DNA of 64,000 bases, from positions 1,472,001-1,536,000 of the forward strand of contig CAWHAE010000012.1 of the NCBI GenBank assembly GCA_963827235.1, read 5' to 3'. The translations under genes were made by a program, and so were the position numbers. Positions 10,778-20,353 of this stretch are shown here, piece after piece (the first letter of the stretch is position 1; each line of letters starts with the position of its first letter). The notes beneath the pieces were generated by a model. The model did no database searches. It was not told the DNA's origin and worked only from the letters and a program-made list of their open reading frames with translations. The stretch is from an uncultured bacterium. GTDB lineage: Bacteria; Chloroflexota; UBA5177; JANWHV01.

Positions 10778-11272
10778 ATGACAGACGATACGGACACTGT
10801 GACGTCCGGCGCGCCTGCCCGCCTTCCTCTGGCGGAGCCGCCGCACGCGCCGCCGTACCGAGATGCTTCCAACCAGAAGCCGCGGGACGGAGCTGCGACT
10901 GTGGTGGCATGGCAGCGCACGGGGCGACGTCGTGCCGCTTGTCTGGATCGTGCTCGAGGGCAACCTGCGACCGTGGTCGCATGGCAGCGCACGGGGCGAC
11001 GTCGTGCCGCTTGTCTGGATCGTGCTCGAGGGCAACCTGCGACCGTGGTCGCATGGCAGCGCACGGGGCGACTGCGGTCGCGGGCAAGCGACAGCCAGGT
11101 TCACGCCGCAACTACTTCTGGGAAGCATTTCGCCGATCGACTTCATCGGCTGCCGGCAGGCCCGGCGGGCGATCGGTGCGCCGCCTTCGTCGGGGAGCGC
11201 CGGAGCGCGGCTGCCCCGGTGTGGGATGGCGGCAAACACCCGGTCGCGTGCGTGCCGAAAGGGGAAAGGTAG
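10778..11272 (+). CDS. Possible leader ORF containing 24-aa repeats
   Basis: AGGAG RBS and ATG after the riboswitch; the frame stays open through the 72-bp repeats; no recognisable domain. Confidence 0.25.
   Translation: MTDDTDTVTSGAPARLPLAEPPHAPPYRDASNQKPRDGAATVVAWQRTGRRRAACLDRARGQPATVVAWQRTGRRRAACLDRARGQPATVVAWQRTGRLRSRASDSQVHAATTSGKHFADRLHRLPAGPAGDRCAAFVGERRSAAAPVWDGGKHPVACVPKGER
10893..11080. repeat. 72-bp tandem repeat, about 2.5 copies
   Basis: GCATGGCAGCGCACGGGGCGAC at 10907, 10979 and 11051. Confidence 0.95.
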
Positions 11273-11278
11273 GAGGTC

Positions 11279-11926
11279 ATGGCCGACATCGTGCACGAGG
11301 AGAAAGCGGAGTGCCTCACCGCAGCAGATTGTGAGCCGGCTGCACCCGGCGCGGCCCGCGACCGGATCAAGCCAGCAGGCGCGAAGCCGGTCGAACGGCA
11401 GGGCAAGAAGGGACTGGTGATCGTCAATACCGGGGACGGCAAAGGCAAGTCGACGGCGGCGTTCGGAGTGATGACCAGGGCCTGGGGACGCGGCATGCGC
11501 GTGTGCGTGCTGCAATTCATGAAGAACGAGCACGCGCACTTCGGCGAGACACGCGCGGCATGCAAGATGGGCATCGAGATGACCGCCATGGGCGACGGCT
11601 TTAGCTGGCAGTCGCGTGACAGAGACGAGACGGCGGCAAAGGCGCGTCACGGCTGGAGCCGAGCGCAGGAGAAGATCCTCTCAGGCCGGTACGATCTGAT
11701 CATCCTCGACGAGCTGACCTATGCCTTTACGTTTGGCTGGCTGGACGTCGAGGAGGTCGTGGGCTGGCTGCGCGAGAACAAGCCCGCCATGTTGCACGTG
11801 GTGATCACGGGGCGCGGCGCGCCGCGCGAGCTGATCGCCTACGCCGACCTGGTGACGGAGATGCGCCAGATCAAGCACCCGTTCGCCGACCAGCACATCC
11901 ATGCGCAGGCGGGGATCGAGTACTGA
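11279..11926 (+). CDS. cobO: Cob(I)yrinic acid a,c-diamide adenosyltransferase (CobO/BtuR/CobA)
   Basis: [44 protein letters not shown]. Confidence 0.96.
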   Translation: MADIVHEEKAECLTAADCEPAAPGAARDRIKPAGAKPVERQGKKGLVIVNTGDGKGKSTAAFGVMTRAWGRGMRVCVLQFMKNEHAHFGETRAACKMGIEMTAMGDGFSWQSRDRDETAAKARHGWSRAQEKILSGRYDLIILDELTYAFTFGWLDVEEVVGWLRENKPAMLHVVITGRGAPRELIAYADLVTEMRQIKHPFADQHIHAQAGIEY

Positions 11927-12083
11927 GCCGGGGCGCAACCATCAGCACGGTCAAGATGGAATTTGCCGTAACCCGACAAGGAGAAACCGCTACGCTCGCG
12001 CATGCTATCATGGCGACGGGTCCGTGCGGGCCCTCCTCCACCAGCTACGGGTGCCTTCTCAATTCGCAAGGGGGTTTTGCACA

Positions 12084-13442
12084 ATGCCTCGCCGGCCTGG
12101 GTCGTATACTCGCGCGTGCGTCACGGCGGTGATTCTTCTCATCTCGCTGCTACCGATCGCCTCGCCTCGAGCGTCGGCGGCGTCCGACCGGCAGACCGGC
12201 GGTGACTGGACCATGTACCACGCCGATCCGGCGCGCAGCGGCTACGTGGCGGGCGTACCCGATCCGGCGCACCTCACGACCGCGTGGACCACGGCACTCG
12301 ATGGAGCGGTCTACGCGGAGCCCCTGGTAGTGGGCGGCAACGTGCTCGTGGTCACGGAACACGACTCGTTCTACTCGCTCGACGCCCAGACCGGAAAAGT
12401 GGTCTGGCGTGTCACGGTGGGGACCCCGGTGCCGGAATCCGGGCTGCCATGCGGGGACATATTCCCGCTCGGCATCACCGGCACGCCGGTGTACGATCCG
12501 CGCACGGGGCTAATCTTCGCCGTCGCGGAGGTCACCGGCCCTGCCCATATCCTGTTCGGCATCGACGCCAAGACGGGGCGAGTCAAAGTGCGGCGCTCGG
12601 TGGATGCGGCGGGCACGGATCCGGCGCCGATGCAGGAGCGGGGTGCCCTGGCGCTGGCCGGAAACACGGTCTACGTGGCGTACGGCGGGCTGACCGGCGA
12701 CTGCGGCGACTACCACGGCACGGTAGTGGGCACGCGTACCGACGGAACGGGAGCGTTGCTCAGCTACCGGGTGCCGACCCCGCGAGAGGGCGGCATCTGG
12801 TCTACCCCGGGTCCGGTCATGGATAGCAAGGGCAACCTCTACGTCAGCGTCGGCAACGGCTCCGTGACTCAGGGGAACTGGGATCGCACCGACTCCATAT
12901 TGCGGCTGTCGCCCACTCTGCAGCTCGAGGACGCCTTTGCACCGGCCACCTGGCAGCACGACAACGCGTCGGACGCCGACCTGGGATCCATGGGACCCGT
13001 GCTGCTGCCCAACGGCCTGCTCTATGCCAACGGGAAGTCGGGCCATGGCTACCTGCTGCATGCGGACCACCTGGGAGGCATAGGCGGCCAGATCCAGACC
13101 ATCACGACGTGCGGATCGTACGGCGGCTCCGCCGTGCAAGGCCAGTCGCTGTACATCCCCTGCGCGGACAGGGTGCGCCAGCTCAAGGTCACCGCCGGCC
13201 CGCGGCTGGTCGTGGGCTGGCTGGCGCCCAACGCGGTCACCGGCTCACCGGTGATCGGGGGCCAGACCGTGTACACGCTCAATCCGGGGGCAGGAACGCT
13301 TTACGCGCTGAATGCCGCCACCGGCGCGGTGCGCGCCACGGTCGCGGTCGGCGTCTCGTCGCGTTTCGCGACGCCGTCGATCTCCGGCACCACGCTGTTT
13401 GTCGGCACCATGCAGGGAATCACCGCGGTACGCATCGGCTGA
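12084..13442 (+). CDS. Secreted PQQ-like beta-propeller repeat protein
   Basis: Signal peptide; DWTMYHAD, AEPLV, YSLDAQTGKVVW, GITGTPV, DADLGS repeats. Confidence 0.85.
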   Translation: MPRRPGSYTRACVTAVILLISLLPIASPRASAASDRQTGGDWTMYHADPARSGYVAGVPDPAHLTTAWTTALDGAVYAEPLVVGGNVLVVTEHDSFYSLDAQTGKVVWRVTVGTPVPESGLPCGDIFPLGITGTPVYDPRTGLIFAVAEVTGPAHILFGIDAKTGRVKVRRSVDAAGTDPAPMQERGALALAGNTVYVAYGGLTGDCGDYHGTVVGTRTDGTGALLSYRVPTPREGGIWSTPGPVMDSKGNLYVSVGNGSVTQGNWDRTDSILRLSPTLQLEDAFAPATWQHDNASDADLGSMGPVLLPNGLLYANGKSGHGYLLHADHLGGIGGQIQTITTCGSYGGSAVQGQSLYIPCADRVRQLKVTAGPRLVVGWLAPNAVTGSPVIGGQTVYTLNPGAGTLYALNAATGAVRATVAVGVSSRFATPSISGTTLFVGTMQGITAVRIG

Positions 13443-13454
13443 GGCGGGCGCGGG

Positions 13455-13660
13455 AATAGCAGCCTCCAGCCGCGGCGAGGATGGCAGGGGCAATGGTAGC
13501 CTCCTGCTGCGGCAGCATGGCAGGGCACGGGCCGGCCGGGGTACCCACCGCAGTGGGTCGCGGTTGTGGTAGGGCGGGGGACGGCAGCCTGCGATTGCGA
13601 TCGCATGGCAGCAGAGGGGGGACTGCGGTCCCGCGGGGCACGGTAGCCTCCCGCTGCGGT
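13455..13660. repeat. Copy of dispersed ATCGCATGGCAGC repeat family
   Basis: CGGCAGCCTGCGATTGCGATCGCATGGCAGCAGAGGGGGGACTGCGGTCCCG and GGTAGCCTCC motifs shared with 20679-20810. Confidence 0.85.
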
Positions 13661-13749
13661 CGGCTGGCGGGGGACGGGCCGTCCGGGGAACCTGCCGCAG
13701 TGGATCGCGGAGGTAGGGCGGGAGCGGCCGGTTCCGATGGCTCGTCGAG

Positions 13750-13955
13750 TGGCGAATTCGCTTTGCAGTTTTTGCTGTGCTCTGCCGTGCGGATGATGGC
13801 AGCGCCAGCGGGAGCGGCAGTGCCCTCAGAGCGCGAATTCGTTTCGCAATTTTCGTGGTGCTCTGCCGCGCGGATGACGGCAGCGCCGGCGGGAGCGGCA
13901 GTGCCCTCAGGGCGCGAATTCGTTTCGCAATTTTCGTGGTGCTCTGCCGCGCGGC
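13750..13955. repeat. 81-bp tandem repeat, about 2.5 copies
   Basis: Units containing GCGAATTCG(T/C)TT(C/T)GCA start at 13750, 13831 and 13912. Confidence 0.92.
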
Positions 13956-14451
13956 GCTCGGCAGGGACCTCTGCCAACTCGCGCCTGGTGCGCTGGATCT
14001 CCCGCGAGAGGTGCGCTTCGTAGCGCGCCAGCCGCTCCAGCACGCGCAGGTCGGCCGGCCCGTGCGTGGCCGCCACCACGCCGATCTCCTGGTCGGACCG
14101 GGCTCGGGCCAGCGCCGACACCGCCTCCCCCGCCCGCAGCAGCGCACCGGTTGGACCAGTCGCCTGAATGGCGGCACGGTAGCGGTGGGTGACCCTGCCG
14201 TGGGTACCCAGAAACGCAGGTGACGCAGATGGGACGAGATGACGCAGATGGTGCGCGCGGCATACCTCGTCAGAGGATGGGGGCTCTCCGGCACAGTTGG
14301 TGCTCGAGCTGAGCCCGCTGACGTGGCGAGCAGGACGCGAATTTGGATGCGAGCCGACGCGAGGGCCTTGCGGATAGGCTCAGGAGCTCAGGCTCGCGGC
14401 GGGTCGACCGGCGTTCGGGGAAGGCTCGGTGCGGTTGCGGGGTGTGTTTGG

Positions 14452-15171
14452 TCAGCGTTTGGCGCGGGCCTCGGCGACAATGGCGCGGGTTCCTTGCGTG
14501 GATGGGTCGCCGTGGCCGAAGTAGAGAGTTCGAGCGTCCAGCTCCTCGATCCTGGACAGCGATTCGTATGCCTGGTTGGTGGAGGTGTTGGCGGTCCGAG
14601 GAGCGAGGTGCGCGCCGGGCCGTCCGGTGACGATGTCGAGGTTGTTGATGGCGTCTCCGACGAACAAGGCGTCCTCGAATGGGGCGTAGAGGACGCAGTG
14701 GCCCTCGGTATGCCCGGGGGTGTGAATCACGCGCAGTCGTCCCGGCACGTCGAGCTCGTCGCCGTCGTCGAAAGGGATGACCTCCGGGACCCTGGACTGT
14801 TTGAATCCTCCGTTGGCGATCGTGTGGCGCAGCGCGCGGCGGCTGCGGGCGTGCTTGAGCATCGCGAGCATGGCCAGCGGCGATCCCTCGGCATGCTTGA
14901 ACTTGCCCTGCCGGGTACGCTCGCCGTCTGCTCGGTGGACGTAGACCGGGATTCCGTGCCTCTGTTGCAGATCGCCGGCGAATCCGACGTGGTCGGGGTC
15001 GGCGTGGGTCAGGACGATCGCTTTGACGTCGTCGATCGAGCGGCCCATTTCGGCCAGGGCGGGCTCCAGGGTGTCGCGGTATCCGCTCAGGCCGGCGTCG
15101 ACGAGGGTGACTTCGCCGTCTTGCTCGAGCAGGAAGAAGTGCCCGAATTCCGTTCCCAGCGTGCGGATCAT
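14452..15171 (-). CDS. MBL-fold metallo-hydrolase
   Basis: LVDAG, THADPDH, HTPGHTEGH, VGDA, FGHG; AGGAGG RBS. Confidence 0.92.
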   Translation of the reverse strand: MIRTLGTEFGHFFLLEQDGEVTLVDAGLSGYRDTLEPALAEMGRSIDDVKAIVLTHADPDHVGFAGDLQQRHGIPVYVHRADGERTRQGKFKHAEGSPLAMLAMLKHARSRRALRHTIANGGFKQSRVPEVIPFDDGDELDVPGRLRVIHTPGHTEGHCVLYAPFEDALFVGDAINNLDIVTGRPGAHLAPRTANTSTNQAYESLSRIEELDARTLYFGHGDPSTQGTRAIVAEARAKR

Positions 15172-15217
15172 CGGCGGGGCCTCCTGGGTGAGCCGGAACG
15201 GGTCGCGGTTGTCGAGC

Positions 15218-15658
15218 TCATAGCGGTCTCCTGTTGGTCTGTAGTCGGGTGAGGATCTCGTCAAGCCGGGCGAGGTCATCGGGGTCCAGGTCGGTCAGTA
15301 CGGAGGGTGGCTCGTCGAGGATCGCCCGGCCGCGTTGGGCCGCGTCGCGTCCGGCGTCGGTGAGGTGCACGAGCTTGCGGCGGTTGTCGTCGGGGTGGGG
15401 GGTGCGATAGACCAGGCCTCGCGCTTCGAGCTTGTCCACGCCGACGGTCGCGGCCGGCGGGTCGACGTCGAAGGCGCGTACGATGTCTCGCAGGGTCATC
15501 GGACCGCCGGCGAGCTTGATCAGCAGCTCGACCTTCGCGGGCCCGAGATCGAGGGCGGCGCGGAGGGCACGCCGGCGGTCCTGTCCGGCGACGAACTCAT
15601 GCAGGGCGATCCACACCCGGGATGCGGTGTCTGGCGGCGTGGCGGATCGGGTGCTCAT
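15218..15658 (-). CDS. MarR family transcriptional regulator
   Basis: VDKLEARGLVYRTPHPDDNRRKLVHLTDAG; start overlaps the MFS stop. Confidence 0.92.
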   Translation of the reverse strand: MSTRSATPPDTASRVWIALHEFVAGQDRRRALRAALDLGPAKVELLIKLAGGPMTLRDIVRAFDVDPPAATVGVDKLEARGLVYRTPHPDDNRRKLVHLTDAGRDAAQRGRAILDEPPSVLTDLDPDDLARLDEILTRLQTNRRPL

Positions 15659-17115
15659 CGGGCTCCTTCCGGGGCGGGGCCCCTGATAGTGGCCAGGCGC
15701 GCGCCGTTTCGATCGGCGGTCGCCAGGGCCCAGCGTCCGGTCGAGGCGATGCCGAGCAGCATGACCATCACGCCACAGCCGGCCACCACCGCCCACGCCG
15801 CGTGGCTGGCGTACACGAAGCCGGCCGAGCCGGCGGCGATGATCGCGCCGGTGACCGCGACGCCGAGTGCCGCGCCGGTCTGGCGACAGGTGGAGGCGAT
15901 GGCGCCGGCGACGCCAGCCTGGTCTCGGGGCATGCCCGAGAGCGCGGTGTTGGTGATCGGGGCGGTGACCAGGCCCGACCCGGCACCGAAGACGAGGTAG
16001 GCGACGACCAGATACCACACGGCGGTGTGCGCGCCGACACCGACCAAGAGGATCGCGCCCACGGCGATCAGCACTCCGGACAGGATCAGCGCGGGCCTCG
16101 GTCCGCGGCCGGCCACCAATCGCCCTGAGACGGTGGAGAACACGCCGGCCATCGCGGCCATCGGGATGGTGAGCAATCCGGCGTGCAGCGCGCTGTAGCC
16201 GCGGACGTCCTGCAGATAGAGCGTGTTGAGGAACAGAAAGCCGCCCGTGGTGGCGAGCGCGACCACCCCGATCAGCGCCGCGCCCGAGAACGGCACGCTG
16301 CGGAAATACCGCATGTCGATCAACGGCTCACGCCGCCGGGACTCGAGCACGACCAGCACGATCGCCGCGAGCACGGCAACCGCGAACAGGGCGACGATCG
16401 GCGCCGAGCCCCAGCCGCTGCGTGGCCCTTCGATGATCCCGGCGGTCAGGCAGCCCAGCAGGGCGATGACCAGCAGCTGACCGGGAGGGTCAAGCCGCCG
16501 GGGCTGCTCGGACCGCGACTCGGGCACGAACCGTTGCGTGAGCGCGATCGCGATCAGGCCGACGGGAACGTTGATCCAGAAGATCGAACGCCAGCCGATC
16601 CCACTGACCAGCAGGCCCCCGAGCACCGGGCCGCCGGCGAGGCTGAGTCCGGCCACCGATCCCCACATGCCGATCGCCTTCGCGCGACCGGCGCGGTCGG
16701 TGAACGTGTTGGCGATGATCGACATTGCCACGGGGTTGAGCATCGACCCGCCGAGGGCCTGCAGGCCGCGAAAGGCGATCAGCCAGCCGAGCGACGGAGC
16801 CAGGCTGCACAGCAACGACCCGAGCGAGAACGCCGCCAGCCCGATCTGAAAGACCCGGCGGCGGCCGAAGCGGTCCGCGAGCGAGCCCGAGAGCATGAGC
16901 AGGCAGGCAATAACGAGGGTGTAGGCATCGATCGTCCACTGCAGACCGCTCACCGACGCGTGCAGAGCGCCCTGGATCGACGGCAAGGCGACGTTGACGA
17001 TCGTCACGTCGAGGCCCGCGATGAACACGCTCAGACAGCACGTGGCCAGCACCACGGAACGGCGCCGTGCCTCACGATCAGCACGAGACAGGGAGATCAC
17101 CTCTGTCATAGACAT
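15655..17115 (-). CDS. DHA2 (EmrB/QacA) family MFS efflux transporter
   Basis: LDVTIVNVALPSI, LQWTIDAY, GSLADRFGRRR, WRSIFWINVPVG. Confidence 0.94.
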   Translation of the reverse strand: MSMTEVISLSRADREARRRSVVLATCCLSVFIAGLDVTIVNVALPSIQGALHASVSGLQWTIDAYTLVIACLLMLSGSLADRFGRRRVFQIGLAAFSLGSLLCSLAPSLGWLIAFRGLQALGGSMLNPVAMSIIANTFTDRAGRAKAIGMWGSVAGLSLAGGPVLGGLLVSGIGWRSIFWINVPVGLIAIALTQRFVPESRSEQPRRLDPPGQLLVIALLGCLTAGIIEGPRSGWGSAPIVALFAVAVLAAIVLVVLESRRREPLIDMRYFRSVPFSGAALIGVVALATTGGFLFLNTLYLQDVRGYSALHAGLLTIPMAAMAGVFSTVSGRLVAGRGPRPALILSGVLIAVGAILLVGVGAHTAVWYLVVAYLVFGAGSGLVTAPITNTALSGMPRDQAGVAGAIASTCRQTGAALGVAVTGAIIAAGSAGFVYASHAAWAVVAGCGVMVMLLGIASTGRWALATADRNGARLATIRGPAPEGAR

Positions 17116-17148
17116 TGTTGTACCACAAACATTGTTGTAGCACAACAA
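17115..17148. promoter_or_regulatory. Tandem palindromic operators (probable MarR sites)
   Basis: TTGTTGT-agc-ACAACAA (17132-17148) and degenerate TTGTTGT-acc-ACAAACA (17115-17131) at the MFS start. Confidence 0.7.
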
Positions 17149-17164
17149 CCAAATTGGGGAGCCG

Positions 17165-17560
17165 GCGGTGCGCAGCGGCCATTGCCTGCGAGCGTCGTCA
17201 TCTCGTCGAAGGGGACGATGCCGTCCGTCTCGTCGCAGCGATGGAACAGCTTGGCGCGGCGTGTGTCCCAGGCGGCGGAGCAGCAGAGCGCGCCGCGTCC
17301 GGCGTATTGGTGCTCGACGCGCCGGCCACGCCTGGCGGCGGGCGTGGCGCCCCGCGTGGTGTGCCGACGCGCCCGGGCCTGGATCGAGGGCTTCTCATCG
17401 CGGCAGACGACGTGGTCGCGCGGGTGCAGCAGCTCGCCGTCCCAGGGGCCGGCATGCAGGTCCAGGAACGCGCCAGCGACTCCAGCACTGCTCGCTCCTC
17501 GGCAGACGGCTCGATCCGATAGGGGCTATGACAAGGCATCAACGTCCCTCCACGAGACGA
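17165..17560 (-). mobile_element. IS630-like element remnant
   Basis: MPCHSPYRIEPSAEERAVLESLARS resembles IS630-family transposase N-termini; the opposite-strand GLDRGLLIAADDVV segment is also familiar from such elements; no DDE domain remains. Confidence 0.55.
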
Positions 17561-17647
17561 TAGGATGCCATGAACGCTACGACCCCGCCCAGACGCTACC
17601 ACGTAGCCTTCTTTATGAAAGGAGCACGTAGGGTTAGGGTTGCCCTG

Positions 17648-18079
17648 CTAGCGAACGGGCGCCGTCAATGCGTTCCAGGCTGCGAGCGAGTCCATGTAGT
17701 CTCTCCAGTGCGCGATCTTTCGGTTTTCGATCGTGATGATGGAGCAAAACCGATTGTCGTACTTCACGCCAGTGGCGAGGATGGTTCCATGGACTTCATA
17801 TTCGATGACAACACGGCCGTCGTCTGTTCTGTGGGTAATCAGGTTATCGGCAGATTGAAGCTCGATGGTATCGCCATAGCCGCTGAACTGGGCCATGAGA
17901 TCGACGCGTCCCTGGACAACGCGAGGCCAACCGGGGAAGTCGTAGAGAACCTCGTAGACGACGTCGCCGGCGACGATGTCGAAGAAATGCTCGCCATCGA
18001 CGAGGTCGCCCAGCGCCCCTCGAACGAGATCGAAGTAGGGCCTCGCGGCCTCGTAGGCAGTGTATGCCGGATTCGCCAT
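17648..18079 (-). CDS. SnoaL/NTF2-like family protein
   Basis: DVVYE..FPGWPRVVQGR, VVIEY..G..YDNRFCSIITIENRKIAHWRDYMD. Confidence 0.88.
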   Translation of the reverse strand: MANPAYTAYEAARPYFDLVRGALGDLVDGEHFFDIVAGDVVYEVLYDFPGWPRVVQGRVDLMAQFSGYGDTIELQSADNLITHRTDDGRVVIEYEVHGTILATGVKYDNRFCSIITIENRKIAHWRDYMDSLAAWNALTAPVR

Positions 18080-18536
18080 GCTCAGCACTCCGAGCGCTTC
18101 GTACGGATACTTATAAAAGGAGATCTCCGTATGTAGTGTAGAGTGCCAGCGCATCCGCGCATCCGCAACGCGCACGCGGAGGCAGCGCCGGCAAATGGCA
18201 CCTTCTCGGCCATGCACCAGCACGCCGGTACGCACCTCATGTTCGCCGCAGAATAGGCAGTGGTCGATCATCGTCCCTGCGTGAGGGCGGCGAGCCGCGG
18301 AACAGATAGCCGTAGGTCTAGAAACGCGCAGCGCCCCGAGCCGTGAACAGACATGCCGGCTCGGGGCACTCAGCCCGTTCTCGCGCCGGGCATACGTCTA
18401 TGATCGAACAGCTGAGGACGCTCGTCAGCGGGGATATGCGGACTCGCACGAATACCGGGATTTCCCATAGGTCGTGCGGCCGCGAAGACCTATACTGCGG
18501 TCAAGCTATTGGCGAGACCGCGGGCGGGAACCATAC

Positions 18537-18926
18537 GTGATAGTCAAAGAGCTCGACCCACGAGCGTTCCTGCTGGAGCGTCATTCGCCGCTAGTCCGTT
18601 CGGCGCCTGCCAGCGCGCCTAGCGTGTCCGGGTCAACGTCCCGCCCACCCGCCGGAAACACAGCAATGCACGCTGCCTCGGTTTGCACCCGGTGCGGCGG
18701 AAGTAACCTCCTGCTGGACTACCGTTACAACTTCTTCTGGCGTTGCGCGAGCTGTCATGGCGCGACGCCACTCGTCCTGCGCTGCCCGGATTGTGGTTCC
18801 GAGTACGGCAAGATCCTTCGCGAGCATACGGTGCACGTACGTGGCTCAGCCTACTTGCGGTGCGGGTGCGGGCGCATGATCCAGCTCCATGGGCACGCGA
18901 CGGCGGCGGGAGCGAGTAGTCGCTGA
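18537..18926 (+). CDS. Zinc-ribbon protein, probably an internally deleted NERD-family gene
   Basis: MIVKELDP start; CTRC, CASC, CPDC, CGC clusters; TATACT at 18491. Confidence 0.55.
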   Translation: MIVKELDPRAFLLERHSPLVRSAPASAPSVSGSTSRPPAGNTAMHAASVCTRCGGSNLLLDYRYNFFWRCASCHGATPLVLRCPDCGSEYGKILREHTVHVRGSAYLRCGCGRMIQLHGHATAAGASSR

Positions 18927-18985
18927 GGCTCGGAGCATGGCGTCGCGTCCGGCATCGGACGCACGTTGGCTGCGAATCTCGGTGA

Positions 18986-19891
18986 TCAACTCATGGGGAC
19001 GGTCACAGCGTTTGAGAGCAGTCCAGGCTCCCACAGCAGAGTGAACCGACTCTCATTCTGAGGCACTTCGAAGGCTACGTCACCTGCAACGGTCTGGCCC
19101 GGCGGTAGTGAACCCGAGTTGAGCTCAGTGTTGATGATGTTGGAGTCCGAAGCATCCCCGTCGTGCCGGATGTTGTCGCCCGCATCCTGCAGGTAGAAAT
19201 AGAGTTCGTTGTACTCATAGGCCTGACTGCCGCTGTTCGTTATGGCAATGCGCACCACGACGTATTGATCACCGGGGGATGGTGCCCACTCGCCATTGCT
19301 GTCGACGTGCAGATTGCTTGCGCTGACACTGATGCCTGGCGCGTCTGGACTTGTGCCCGGAGCTTGGGGTGGGTTCGTCGCGGATGGGGTAGGCGGCGCC
19401 GGTGTGCTGGACGGCGTTGGTGAGCTAGTCGGAGGTATCTGGGCCTTCGCCGGCGTGCTGACAAGCGTTGCCGTCGCGGACCCTCTGCTACCGAGCTTGA
19501 CCACTACAACGTGGTAGTTGCCTGTGAACTGCGTGATGTCGAGGTAGCAACCCGTCGTGCAGTCTTCGTGGACCACCGAACTTCCTGATCCTGCAGCGGA
19601 ACTCGAAGCGAGTTCTACAGGTAGCTCGCTGTCAGGACGGTACACTATGATCTCTATGGGCGCGCTGCCGTTCCAGTAGATGGTAAACGGATTCGACGCC
19701 TCGAAAGTGCTGGTGTCTTTGACGCCACTCCCTGCAACATTCATGATCACTTTGCCTGCGGGTTGCGTTGTCACGGCGGGGCATGCGTAGTTACTTCCAA
19801 CGGCCACTGCACTGACTACCTGGCTGCCCAAGAGCAGACCAGCTACGAGACCGGCCACGAACGTGGGAGCTCTTCGTCCTGGCATGGTCAT
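18986..19891 (-). CDS. Secreted DUF4352-domain protein
   Basis: Signal peptide, P/T linker, GDQYVVVRIAITN..LNSGSLPPGQTVAGDVAFEVP. Confidence 0.8.
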   Translation of the reverse strand: MTMPGRRAPTFVAGLVAGLLLGSQVVSAVAVGSNYACPAVTTQPAGKVIMNVAGSGVKDTSTFEASNPFTIYWNGSAPIEIIVYRPDSELPVELASSSAAGSGSSVVHEDCTTGCYLDITQFTGNYHVVVVKLGSRGSATATLVSTPAKAQIPPTSSPTPSSTPAPPTPSATNPPQAPGTSPDAPGISVSASNLHVDSNGEWAPSPGDQYVVVRIAITNSGSQAYEYNELYFYLQDAGDNIRHDGDASDSNIINTELNSGSLPPGQTVAGDVAFEVPQNESRFTLLWEPGLLSNAVTVPMS

Positions 19892-19933
19892 CCCCCTTTG
19901 CCGACCTGACCTCGGCCTAATGCAGGCCCTGCC

Positions 19934-20353
19934 TCACGGGCGTTGGGTCTTCCGGCCACACTCGGCGCGCCGATATGCTCCATGGATGATGAATCCGATC
20001 AGAGGTGCGCTTCGGCGTGTTGCCTCGACGACGATTGCCCGGCAGTTCGGGCAATACTGTGCGTCCTTGATAGCGCTCTTCCCGACAATGACCTTCGGGC
20101 TACCCTGGGATTGTATTCCAGCCGGCTGTTGATGCTTTCGGCGTGGCTGTCGAGGTTGCTGCCGAGGTGGATTATTCGTCGTCGTTTGGTTACTGACACC
20201 GGTTCCGGGAATACCGACCGTCGTTCGTCTTCCCTTGCTATTGACGGTGTACTGCATGCCCTTGCGACCGACCGTCACACCAACGCTCTTCTTGTTGAGA
20301 TTGAGCCGGATCCCGGGTGCAATGCGGAAACTCTTGCGGAAGCGAAACCCCAT
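19934..20353 (-). CDS. DUF4236 domain protein
   Basis: MGFRFRKSFRIAPGIRLNLNKKSVGVTVG..TVGIPGTGVS. Confidence 0.88.
   Translation of the reverse strand: MGFRFRKSFRIAPGIRLNLNKKSVGVTVGRKGMQYTVNSKGRRTTVGIPGTGVSNQTTTNNPPRQQPRQPRRKHQQPAGIQSQGSPKVIVGKSAIKDAQYCPNCRAIVVEATRRSAPLIGFIIHGAYRRAECGRKTQRP

Larger units (their letters stand above)
13420..14121 (-). pseudogene. C-terminal fragment of an 'RYE..L..CETN' hypothetical protein with 27-aa repeats
   Basis: LERLARYEAHLSREIQRTRREL followed by repeated ENCETNS; no convincing start. Confidence 0.45.

Noticed and set aside
10893-11080. 72-bp periodic repeat as a CRISPR array
   Set aside because: The would-be spacers are identical, there are under three units, and no cas genes are present
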